From Thermoanaerobaculia bacterium (GTDB lineage: Bacteria; Acidobacteriota; Thermoanaerobaculia; Multivoradales; SZUA-115): DNA of 63,420 nucleotides. Numbering within the stretch: position 1 is the first letter of the stretch; each line of letters begins with the position of its first letter. Both the position numbers and the translations under genes were made by a program. The stretch covers positions 1 to 63,420 of the forward strand of contig JBIOYC010000308.1 in assembly GCA_044869955.1 (NCBI GenBank). Direction: 5' to 3'. The notes under the pieces are model-generated. The model was not told the DNA's origin. It searched no databases and saw only the letters and a list, made by a program, of their open reading frames with translations. Below are positions 55,421 to 63,420 of the stretch, in pieces.

Positions 55421-56662
55421 ATGGCTGACACGAATGCTTCTCTCTCCGATCTGCGCATCGACGACGACGACCGCCTCGACCTTTCCCGCTCGCGGCGCCG
55501 CAAGCGTGCCGTCCTCCTGGTCGTCGTCTTGAGCGGCCTGGTCACCACCGGCGTGGTGATGCGCGGCGGCAAGGTCTACTCCCTCGAAACGATGAAAGCC
55601 GACGAGATCCGGGCCGAGGGCCCCGCGGCCATCCTCCAGGCCTCCGGCTACGTCACTGCCCGCCGCAAGGCCACCGTTTCCTCCAAGTTCACCGGCAAGG
55701 TCACCGAGATCCTGGTCGAGGAGGGCATGAAGGTGGAAGAGGGCCAGGTGCTGGCCCGCCTCGACGACAGCCTCCTCTCGCGCCAGGTCGGCCTCGACGA
55801 GGCTCGGCTCCAGGCGTCGAAGAGCAGCCTGACCGAGATCGAGGTCCGGCTGGCCGAGGCCGAGCTCAACAAAAAGCGCAGCGGGCAGCTGGTCTCCTCC
55901 GGGGTCTCCGCCCAGGCGCAGCTGGACGCCGACCGCGCCGCCGTGGACTCCCTCAAGGCCCGCCTCGCCGCCGCGGGCGACGAGGTCGCGGTGGCCGCGC
56001 AGAACCTCGAGCTGGCCCGCCAGCAGCTCACCGACGCGGTCATCCGCGCCCCCTTCTCCGGCGTCGCAGTGTCCAAGGACGCCCAGCCGGGCGAGATGAT
56101 CTCTCCGGTATCGGCCGGCGGCGGCTTCACCCGCACGGGCATCTGCACCCTGGTCGACATGGGCTCCCTCGAGATCGAGGTCGACGTCAACGAGGCATAC
56201 ATCAACCGCGTGGTGTCCGGCCAGCGGGTCGAGGCGGTGCTCGACTCCTACCCGGACTGGAAGATCCCCGGCCGGGTGATCACCACCGTGCCCACGGCCG
56301 ACCGGCAGAAGGCCACGGTCACTGTGCGCATCGGCTTCGACCAGCTCGACCTTCGGATCCTTCCCGACATGGGAGTGAAGGTCTCCTTCCTGGACGACAG
56401 CGCCGCGGCCTCCGGGCCCCGCCGCTTCGTGGTGGTGCCCTGCGGCGCCCTGGTGAAGGAAGGGGAGCTGCGCTTCGCCTTCGTGCTCGACCCCGAGAGC
56501 AAGAAGGTCTCGCGGCGCGAGGTGAAGGTCGCCCAGCGACCCCTGTCCCAGGAGTGCGAGATCAGCGAGGGGATTGCCGGCGGCGAGCTGGTGGCCACCG
56601 ATCCTCCTGCCGAGCTCAAGGACGGCGACCGGGCGCGCCCCGCCCGGAGCAAGAAGAGCTGA
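55421..56662 (+). CDS. HlyD/MacA-type periplasmic adaptor (membrane fusion protein)
   Basis: An N-terminal TM helix, a biotinyl/lipoyl-like hairpin (GKVTEILVEEGMKVEEGQVLARLDD), a coiled coil, and IRAPFSGV. The start is at ATG 55421. Confidence 0.85.
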   Translation: MADTNASLSDLRIDDDDRLDLSRSRRRKRAVLLVVVLSGLVTTGVVMRGGKVYSLETMKADEIRAEGPAAILQASGYVTARRKATVSSKFTGKVTEILVEEGMKVEEGQVLARLDDSLLSRQVGLDEARLQASKSSLTEIEVRLAEAELNKKRSGQLVSSGVSAQAQLDADRAAVDSLKARLAAAGDEVAVAAQNLELARQQLTDAVIRAPFSGVAVSKDAQPGEMISPVSAGGGFTRTGICTLVDMGSLEIEVDVNEAYINRVVSGQRVEAVLDSYPDWKIPGRVITTVPTADRQKATVTVRIGFDQLDLRILPDMGVKVSFLDDSAAASGPRRFVVVPCGALVKEGELRFAFVLDPESKKVSRREVKVAQRPLSQECEISEGIAGGELVATDPPAELKDGDRARPARSKKS

Positions 56663-56669
56663 GGCCGCC

Positions 56670-57362
56670 GTGGCGAACGACAACGTCGTCCGAGCTCTCG
56701 ACGTCCACAAGACCTTCCGGCGGGGCGCCGAGCTGGTCCAGGTCCTGATGGGCCTGTCGCTCGAGATCCCGCGCGGCGAGTTTCTCGCCCTGATGGGACC
56801 TTCGGGCTCCGGCAAGTCGACCTTGCTCAACCTGATCGGCGGCCTCGACCGGCCGACGCGCGGCGCCATCGAGGTCGGCGGCCAGCGCATCGACCGCCTC
56901 TCGGACGCCGACCTCTCGGCCTGGCGGGCCCGCAACGTGGGCTTCGTCTTCCAGATGTACAACCTGCTGCCGGTGCTCACCGCCGAGCGCAACGTCGAGC
57001 TGCCCCTGCTGCTGACCAAGCTCTCGCGGGCCGAGCGCAAGCGCCGGGTGCGCATCGCCCTCTCGCTGGTGGGTCTGGGCGATCGCATCAAGCACTTCCC
57101 GCGACAGCTCTCCGGTGGTCAGGAGCAGCGGGTGGGCATCGCCCGGGCGATCGTCACCGATCCGACCCTGCTGCTCTGCGACGAGCCCACGGGCGACCTC
57201 GACCGCAAGTCCGGTGACGAGGTCCTGAGCCTCTTGACCTCGCTCAACCGGGACCACGGCAAGACGATCATCATGGTGACCCACGACCCCCATGCGGCCG
57301 AGCGCGCTTCTCGCGTGCTGCACTTCGAGAAGGGAGTCCTCCAGCTGGATTCCGCGGCCTGA
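56670..57362 (+). CDS. ABC transporter ATP-binding protein (MacB/LolD-type)
   Basis: [12 protein letters not shown], the Q-loop FVFQMYNLLP, the signature LSGGQEQRV, and Walker B LLLCDEPTGDLD. GTG start at 56670. Confidence 0.9.
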   Translation: MANDNVVRALDVHKTFRRGAELVQVLMGLSLEIPRGEFLALMGPSGSGKSTLLNLIGGLDRPTRGAIEVGGQRIDRLSDADLSAWRARNVGFVFQMYNLLPVLTAERNVELPLLLTKLSRAERKRRVRIALSLVGLGDRIKHFPRQLSGGQEQRVGIARAIVTDPTLLLCDEPTGDLDRKSGDEVLSLLTSLNRDHGKTIIMVTHDPHAAERASRVLHFEKGVLQLDSAA

Positions 57363-57367
57363 GGAAG

Positions 57368-58531
57368 GTGCCCATGAAGTATCTGCCCCTGATCTGGAAG
57401 AACATCTGGCGCAAGAAGACGCGGGCGATCTTCACCCTGCTCGCGATCGTCATGGCCTTCGCCCTCTTCGGGCTGCTCACCGCCGTAGGCGAGGCATTCT
57501 CGGGCGGAGTCGACCTCACCGGGGCGGATCGCCTGGTGATGGTCCACAAGGTCTCGTTGATCCAGCCCCTGCCGTCGAGCTACATGGGTCGGATCCGGGC
57601 CACCGCCGGAGTGGTCGACGTCACCCACGCCAGCTGGTTCGGCGGCTACTACCAGAAGCCGGAGAACTTCTTCGGCCAGTTCCCGGTCGATCCCGAAAGC
57701 TACCTGCGGATGTTCCCGGAGATCCTCCTGCCGGAGGACCAGAAGAGAGCCTGGCTCAAGGACAAGGAAGGTTGCATCGTCGGCCGCAAGCTCGCCGACC
57801 AACATGGCTTCCGGGTCGGGGATCGAGTCCCGATCATCGGCAGCCCGTGGCGGAAGATCGATGGCGGCGACACCTGGGAGTTCAACGTCTCCGGGATCTA
57901 CGACGGCTCCGAAGAGGGCACGGATACCACGGTGTTGCTGTTCCGCTACGACTACTTCGACGAAGCCCGGCAGCACCGCAAGGGGATGGTGGGCTGGTAC
58001 ACCATCCGCATCGACGAGCCCGACCAGGCGGCGGCCATCGCCCAGTCCATCGACGCCAACTTCGAGAACTCCTCGGCCGAGACCAAGACCTCGACCGAGA
58101 AGGCGTTCGCCGAAGGCTGGGCCAACCAGATCGGCAACATCGCGGCGATCGTCGAGGCGATCTCGGCAGCGGTCTTCTTCATCATCCTGCTGGTGGCGGC
58201 CAACACCATGGCGCAATCGGTGCGCGAGCGGGTCAACGAGATCGCGGTGCTCAAGACCCTCGGCTTCGGGCCGTTCAAGGTGCTCGGTCTGGTGCTCGGG
58301 GAGTCGTTCTTCCTCGCCCTGGTGGGAGGCGCGCTCGGCCTGCTGCTGGCCCAGGTGCTGGTGGGCGGCGTGGGCAAGGCCCTGGAGCGCTTCCTGCCGA
58401 TCTTCTACATGCCGCCGGACGCGATCGGCACCGGGCTGTTGATCGCCGCCGCCGTCGGGGCGATCGCCGGTCTGCTCCCCGGCATCCAGTCCATGCGGCT
58501 GCCGATCGCGGCGGCCCTGCGGCGAGGGTGA
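57368..58531 (+). CDS. FtsX/MacB-type ABC permease 1
   Basis: A 4-TM architecture with a large periplasmic loop after TM1, and a C-terminal FtsX domain (RVNEIAVLKTLGF). Confidence 0.85.
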   Translation: MPMKYLPLIWKNIWRKKTRAIFTLLAIVMAFALFGLLTAVGEAFSGGVDLTGADRLVMVHKVSLIQPLPSSYMGRIRATAGVVDVTHASWFGGYYQKPENFFGQFPVDPESYLRMFPEILLPEDQKRAWLKDKEGCIVGRKLADQHGFRVGDRVPIIGSPWRKIDGGDTWEFNVSGIYDGSEEGTDTTVLLFRYDYFDEARQHRKGMVGWYTIRIDEPDQAAAIAQSIDANFENSSAETKTSTEKAFAEGWANQIGNIAAIVEAISAAVFFIILLVAANTMAQSVRERVNEIAVLKTLGFGPFKVLGLVLGESFFLALVGGALGLLLAQVLVGGVGKALERFLPIFYMPPDAIGTGLLIAAAVGAIAGLLPGIQSMRLPIAAALRRG

Positions 58532-58539
58532 GCCCAGTC

Positions 58540-59730
58540 ATGCTCCGAGCCTTCAACCAGACCTTCCAGATCAGCCTGCTCAACCTGCGCAACCTACCGG
58601 CGCGAGCCGGCTCCTCCCTGGTGGCGGTGATCGGCATCGCCGGCGTGGTGGCGATCCTGGTCGCCGTGCTGTCGATTGCCGCCGGCTTCCGCCAGACCAT
58701 CGCCTCGACCGGCGCACCGGACCGCGCGGTGGTGCTGCGGCAGGGATCGACCTCCGAGATGATGAGCTTCGTCGGCGGCGATTCGGCGCGACTGATCAAG
58801 AACGCCCCTGGAGTGGCGCAGGAGGGCGGCACCTCGCTCGCCTCGGCGGAGCTCTTCGTCATCGTCGACCTGCCCAAGCTGCCGGCCGGCACTCCGGCCA
58901 ACGTGCCCCTGCGGGGGGTGGAGCCCTCGGCCTTCGCCATCCGCAAGGAGCTGAAGATGGTGGAGGGGCGGCCGTTCCGCACCGGCACCCGCGAGCTGAT
59001 CGCGGGCAGGAGCGCGGCCCTCTCCTTCGCCGGCCTCGCCGTGGGCTCGACGCTGCGCCTGGGGGGCAACGACTGGAAAGTGGTGGGGATCTTCGAGTCC
59101 GGAGGCTCGCTCACCGAATCCGAGCTGTGGTGTGACGCTCGGGTGCTGCAGCCCACCTACCGGCGGGGCAACAGCTTCCAGGCCATCTACGTCCAGCTCG
59201 AGACCGAGGCCTCCCTCGCGCAGTACCGCTACTCGCTCGAGAACGACCCCCGGCTGGACGTCGCCGTCTCGCGGGAGACGGACTACTTCTCGTCACAGTC
59301 GGAGGTGCTCACCGGCCTGATCCTCTCGCTAGGCGTGGTGATCGGGATCATCATGGGAGCCGGCGCAGCCTTCGGCGCCCTCAACACCATGTACACGGCG
59401 GTGTCCTCCCGCACCCGGGAGATCGCCACCCTGCGCGCCGTGGGTTTCCAGCGCACGCCGATCGTGGTGTCGGTGATGGTGGAGGCGCTCTTCCTCGGCC
59501 TGATCGGCGGGGCGATCGGGGCGGCGGCGGCCTGGTGGCTGTTCGACGGCTTCCGGGCCTCGACCATGAACTGGCAGAGCTTCAGCCAGGTGGCCTTCGC
59601 CTTCCGGGTCACGCCCGAGCTACTGGTGCTGGCGGTGACCTACGCTCTCGGCCTGGGCCTCGTCGGCGGCATCCTGCCGGCGATCAAGGCCGCCCGCCTG
59701 CCGGTGGCGACGGCGCTGCGCGAGCTGTAG
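58540..59730 (+). CDS. FtsX/MacB-type ABC permease 2
   Basis: Same architecture as permease 1, with an FtsX motif (RTREIATLRAVGF). The start is at ATG 58540, within the long track ORF. Confidence 0.85.
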   Translation: MLRAFNQTFQISLLNLRNLPARAGSSLVAVIGIAGVVAILVAVLSIAAGFRQTIASTGAPDRAVVLRQGSTSEMMSFVGGDSARLIKNAPGVAQEGGTSLASAELFVIVDLPKLPAGTPANVPLRGVEPSAFAIRKELKMVEGRPFRTGTRELIAGRSAALSFAGLAVGSTLRLGGNDWKVVGIFESGGSLTESELWCDARVLQPTYRRGNSFQAIYVQLETEASLAQYRYSLENDPRLDVAVSRETDYFSSQSEVLTGLILSLGVVIGIIMGAGAAFGALNTMYTAVSSRTREIATLRAVGFQRTPIVVSVMVEALFLGLIGGAIGAAAAWWLFDGFRASTMNWQSFSQVAFAFRVTPELLVLAVTYALGLGLVGGILPAIKAARLPVATALREL

Positions 59731-59756
59731 CCGTCCGGGCGCCGGGCCGTGCGCCC

Positions 59757-60551
59757 CTACGAGCCGATGATCAGGCCGCCGTCGACCGGCAGCACCGCAC
59801 CCGAGACGAAGCTCGCGGCTGCCGAGGCCAGCCAGAAGTAGGCCTCCGCCACCTCCTCGGGCCGGCCCAGCCGGCCCAAGGGCGTGTGATCCACCACGCG
59901 CTTGACCACCATCTCGGGCAGGGCGTCGACCATCGGCGTGGCGACGAAGCCGGGGGCCACGGCATTGACCCGAATGCGGTGTCGGCCCAACTCCCGGGCC
60001 CAGGTCTTGACCATCGCCTCCAGGCCGGCCTTGGCAGCGGCGTAGTTGGTCTGGCCGAAGTTGCCGGTGGCGGCCACCACCGAGGAGGCCACGGCGATCG
60101 AGCCGCCGCCCGAGGCGATCAGCAGGGGCACCGCGGCCCGCACGGTCAGGAACACGCCGCGCAGGTTGGTGTCGAGCACGCGATCGAAGTCCTCGTCCGA
60201 GAGCTGGGAGACCGCCTGCCCGCCCCGCCATTTCACCAGCAGCCCGTCGCGCACCACGCCGGCGTTGGCGATCACGGCGTCCAGGCGGCCGCAGTGGCAG
60301 CGCACGCCCTCGAGGGCCACGGCCACGGCCGCCGAGTCGGACACGTCGACCAGCGTGAGGTGGGCCTGGGCGCCGCGAGCCAGGAGCGCGGGCTCGAGAT
60401 CCGCGAGCTTGGGGGAGACGTCCCAGGCCGCCACGTCCCAGCCGCCCTCGGCGAAGCGCAGGGCGACCGACCGACCGATGCCGACGGCGGCCCCGGTGAC
60501 CAGAACGACGGGTCGATGAGGAGCTGGACCGAGCGAAGGGTCAGGGCTCAT
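59757..60551 (-). CDS. short-chain dehydrogenase/reductase (FabG-like 3-oxoacyl reductase)
   Basis: The cofactor loop VTGAAVGIGRS, NAG, the catalytic YAAAKAG, and PGFVATPM. The start is at ATG 60551, within the 513-aa track ORF. Confidence 0.85.
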   Translation of the reverse strand: MSPDPSLGPAPHRPVVLVTGAAVGIGRSVALRFAEGGWDVAAWDVSPKLADLEPALLARGAQAHLTLVDVSDSAAVAVALEGVRCHCGRLDAVIANAGVVRDGLLVKWRGGQAVSQLSDEDFDRVLDTNLRGVFLTVRAAVPLLIASGGGSIAVASSVVAATGNFGQTNYAAAKAGLEAMVKTWARELGRHRIRVNAVAPGFVATPMVDALPEMVVKRVVDHTPLGRLGRPEEVAEAYFWLASAAASFVSGAVLPVDGGLIIGS

Positions 60552-60575
60552 GGAGGGCGATACTATGCCGCGCGC

Positions 60576-61364
60576 ATGACAGTTCTCGATGGCCTCATCC
60601 TGCTCGCCACCGGCGTCGCGGTGGGCCTGCTCAACACGGTGGCCGGAGGGGGCTCCTTCCTGTCCTTGCCGGTGCTCATCTTCGTCGGCCTGCCACCGGG
60701 CATCGCCAACGGCACCAACCGCATTGCGATCCTGGCCCAGAACGTCAGCGCCGTGACCGGCTTCCACCGCCACCGCCTGATCGACTGGAGCTGGGGCTGG
60801 CTCGCCGCCCTGCCCACCTGCGCCGGCACGGTGGTGGGCACCTGGCTCGCGCTCGAGACGCCGGACCAGCTCTTCCGCCGCCTGCTCGCCGTGTTCATGG
60901 TGGGCTTCACCCTGTGGACCCTGTTCGCCAAGAGCCCGGCGCCGGCCGGTCACGCCGAGCTCGACGGCACCGGAGAGGGCCAGCGAGCGGGGAGCGCCGC
61001 CGCGCTTTCCCCTGGCCGGCGCGCCGCGCTCGTCGTCGGCTTCTTCGCCGCGGGGGTCTACGGCGGTTTCATCCAGGCCGGAGTGGGCTTCCTGGTCCTG
61101 GCGCTGACGTCCCTGGGCGGGCTCGACCTGGTGCGCGGCAACGCCGTGAAGGTCTTCTCGATCTTCCTGTCGATGATCGTCTCCCTCACCGGCTTCCTCC
61201 TCGCGGGCCGGGTGGAGTGGTTGCCGGGCCTGCTGCTGGCCGCCGGCACCGTGGTGGGCGCGGCCTGGGGCGTCCGCCTCTCCGTGCTCAAGGGCCACGG
61301 CTGGATCCGCGGTGTGGTCACCGCCGCCGTGCTCGCCTGCGCCGTGCGCCTGTTGCTGTTCTGA
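60576..61364 (+). CDS. TauE/SafE-family anion (sulfite/sulfonate) exporter
   Basis: GLLNTVAGGGSFLSLPVLIFVGLPPGIANGTNR, with a repeat in the second half (GVYGGFIQAGVGFLVL). 7-8 TM helices. Confidence 0.85.
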   Translation: MTVLDGLILLATGVAVGLLNTVAGGGSFLSLPVLIFVGLPPGIANGTNRIAILAQNVSAVTGFHRHRLIDWSWGWLAALPTCAGTVVGTWLALETPDQLFRRLLAVFMVGFTLWTLFAKSPAPAGHAELDGTGEGQRAGSAAALSPGRRAALVVGFFAAGVYGGFIQAGVGFLVLALTSLGGLDLVRGNAVKVFSIFLSMIVSLTGFLLAGRVEWLPGLLLAAGTVVGAAWGVRLSVLKGHGWIRGVVTAAVLACAVRLLLF

Positions 61365-61368
61365 GCCC

Positions 61369-61860
61369 CTACGACCCCAACCGCCTCGCCAGGCGCTTGC
61401 CGATCAGCTCGAGGGCCGTCGGCCCGGCCGCTTCGAGGAGCTTCGACAGGGCCTCGGGCTGCTGGGCCAGCTCGAGGGCCAGCGACAGGGCCTGCATGAA
61501 GTCGTGGTCCCAGATGCGGGTGCGGCCGCAGACCTCGCCGTGGCGTTCGACCGGGTAGCCCTCGAGGGTCGGGTCAGCGCGCAGCCGAAAGGCCGGCTCG
61601 CGGGAGAGGGCGGGCAGCATGGCCGCCGCCAGGCGGGCGAGGTGGGGATCGTCGAAGGTGCAGTGAGGCAGGTCGCCGGAGCCGGGGCTCTCCCAGCCGC
61701 GGAAGACCCCGAACTCACCGCCGCCCAGGGCGACGACCTCCCAGGGACCGGCGAGCTCCGCGGGGGCGGCGCTCGCCGGATCGTCCAGGGTCTCGAGCCG
61801 GGCGAGGTAGCTCGGGTCGAACGCGTTGGCGACCCGCTCGGAAGACATGTGCTCGTCCAT
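61369..61860 (-). CDS. hypothetical protein
   Basis: A 163-aa ORF with non-degenerate composition. No motif was recognised. Confidence 0.4.
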   Translation of the reverse strand: MDEHMSSERVANAFDPSYLARLETLDDPASAAPAELAGPWEVVALGGGEFGVFRGWESPGSGDLPHCTFDDPHLARLAAAMLPALSREPAFRLRADPTLEGYPVERHGEVCGRTRIWDHDFMQALSLALELAQQPEALSKLLEAAGPTALELIGKRLARRLGS

Positions 61861-61954
61861 CGGGGAGCTCCTCCATTTACGCCGTACTTTCGCTGAACTC
61901 TAGTCGACCCTGCCGAGCGAGTCAATCCTCGACGCTGCCTCTATACTCCCCGCG

Positions 61955-62536
61955 ATGAGTGAGACCGATCCCTTCGCCTGGTTCGGCCGAGTGCTGGCCG
62001 AGGCCGAGGCCACCGGCATCAGCGACCCCAACGCCATGGTCCTCGCCTCCGTCGACGCCTCCGGCAGGCCCTCCTCGCGGGTGGTCTTGCTCAAGGGCTT
62101 CGACCACCGGGGCTTCGTCTTCTACACCAACCTCGAGAGCTGCAAGGGCGAGCAGATCCGCGCCCGTCCCGAGGTCTGTCTGAATTTCTTCTGGCGAGAG
62201 CTCAGCCAGCAAGTGCGCATCGAGGGCCGTGCCGAGCTCGTCGACGACGCCGAGGCGGATGCCTACTTCTCCTCGCGCCCCCACGGCAGCCAGATCGGTG
62301 CCTGGGCCTCGAAGCAGAGCCGACCCTTGGCCGGTCGGGGGGAGCTGCTTTCGGCGGTAGCCGCCGTCGAGGCCCGCTACCTCGGCCGTCCGGTGCCGCG
62401 TCCACCGCACTGGTCGGGCTTCCGAGTCGTGCCGGAGCGCTTCGAGTTCTGGGTCGGTCGGGTCTTCCGTCTGCACGACCGGACGGTCTTCGAGCGTTCC
62501 CCCGAAGGCTGGCGTTCCTTCCGTCTCTATCCCTGA
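61955..62536 (+). CDS. pdxH: pyridoxamine 5'-phosphate oxidase
   Basis: RVVLLKGFDHRGFVFYTNLESCKGEQI, the FWVGR..RLHDR motif, and C-terminal RLYP. Confidence 0.9.
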   Translation: MSETDPFAWFGRVLAEAEATGISDPNAMVLASVDASGRPSSRVVLLKGFDHRGFVFYTNLESCKGEQIRARPEVCLNFFWRELSQQVRIEGRAELVDDAEADAYFSSRPHGSQIGAWASKQSRPLAGRGELLSAVAAVEARYLGRPVPRPPHWSGFRVVPERFEFWVGRVFRLHDRTVFERSPEGWRSFRLYP

Positions 62537-62868
62537 AGTCCCGCGCCGGGCGCCGCCGGAATCCCTGACAGTAGGAGTCCCGCTCGAGGACCGCGCGCGA
62601 GCGCCGCGATCCACCTGACCCGGCGTCCCTGGAGTCGCCGGAGCGGAGACTTCTTTTCAGTACGGGGATGGCAAAACGGCGTCCGTGTCCGTCGATACAA
62701 GAAGAGGACTCCAGCGACCGAAAACCATCGGCGGGGATCTGTAGACAAATCGGATGTAAACGCCAATCGTTGAGAAATACAGGACTTTCCTTGTTGCAAA
62801 TGATCGATGGGGATCCTATGATGCTGCGCCAACCGCCCTCCCGCACAGAAGGGCCTCGTTACTCTCCC

Positions 62869-63297
62869 ATGTCGAGCTCACCCGCAACGACCGACGAGCG
62901 CCTCGGCAGAGTGCTTCGCTTGCTGCAGGGAGCGATCCGCGCGGCGGGTGCCACGCAAACGGAAGTGGACGAGGCGATCCAGCGCCGCCGGGGTTATCTA
63001 TCGCACGTGTTCCAGCGCCGGGTGGATCTGAAGCTGATCGATCTGCTGCGAGCGCTCGAAGTGCTGCGGGTCGATCCGCATCGATTCTTCCAGCTGGCCT
63101 TCTCCTCGCGCGCCGAGCCGGCGGTGTCCTCGGTGCTCACCGAGTGTTTCGACCCAGAACAGCTGGGTGAGAGCGGCAACGCCAACCTCAAGACCCGAGC
63201 CACCGAGGATCCGTCGCTGCTCGAACGGGTGCGGGGTGCCGTGCGGGACCTGTTGGCCGAGATCCGGCCTCCCAGCCCGGGTCGCGAGGAGCGATGA
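62869..63297 (+). CDS. putative helix-turn-helix (XRE-like) DNA-binding protein
   Basis: AGATQTEVDEAIQRRRGYLSHVFQRRVDLKLIDLLRALEVL resembles an HTH_3-type motif. The start is uncertain (ATG 62869, or upstream ATGs from 62668). Confidence 0.4.
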   Translation: MSSSPATTDERLGRVLRLLQGAIRAAGATQTEVDEAIQRRRGYLSHVFQRRVDLKLIDLLRALEVLRVDPHRFFQLAFSSRAEPAVSSVLTECFDPEQLGESGNANLKTRATEDPSLLERVRGAVRDLLAEIRPPSPGREER

Positions 63298-63420
63298 CGG
63301 CCGCCGGACGAGAAATCATCACCAGCCTGTCACCTCCGGCGGGTCGTCGCGCACCTACATTTCCAGAGAACCGATCGTAGAGGGGCGGGACGGGTTGGAC
63401 GGACGGCGCGGTCGGGGCCC

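Overview
This is a 63.4-kb, visibly GC-rich chromosomal segment from a diderm (Gram-negative-type) bacterium. It is densely coded, with about 66 credible protein genes. I recognised no rRNA, tRNA, CRISPR array, transposase or integrase. All calls rest on reading the translated ORFs for family motifs, checking start codons and RBSs in the DNA, and gene context; no database search was possible. Because of the GC content, the ORF track holds many long Arg/Pro/Gly-rich alternative-frame and antisense ORFs, which I rejected. Content from left to right: (1) an aa3/caa3-type cytochrome c oxidase cluster (subunits I, III, IV, haem O synthase, SCO, DUF420) interrupted by HD-hydrolase, cytochrome c and DUF1232 genes; (2) a four-gene operon of ParA/MinD-like ATPase, Roadblock/LC7, DUF4388+Roadblock and a stand-alone H-NOX haem sensor; (3) a convergent operon of a roughly 11-haem cytochrome c, a DUF3365 haem protein and a membrane protein with two H-x13-H pairs; (4) fadJ, rhomboid, a DUF4143 AAA ATPase and a SUOX-fold Mo enzyme; (5) a CysM-Mec(JAMM)-CysO-MoeZ thiocarboxylate cysteine pathway; (6) ECF sigma and anti-sigma genes divergent from a large TPR-CHAT protease, followed by two tandem paralogous 2-TM proteins; (7) ABC-F, PBP1, two VapBC modules, RidA, UvrA, FHA-RDD, a MauE/thioredoxin/OMP envelope cluster, a small two-gene cassette, D-aminoacylase, M48 peptidase and pullulanase; (8) a 1183-aa ELWxxDGT-repeat protein, YcaQ, a MacAB-like exporter with two permease genes, and SDR, TauE and PdxH genes. 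The two best candidates for an undescribed system are the CRISPR-less sigma/anti-sigma/TPR-CHAT/paralog locus (19.3-25.6 kb), whose gene content resembles the Craspase-Csx30-RpoE effector arm, and the H-NOX/ParA-like/Roadblock operon (5.5-8.3 kb). Both are inferences that need homology and synteny checks.
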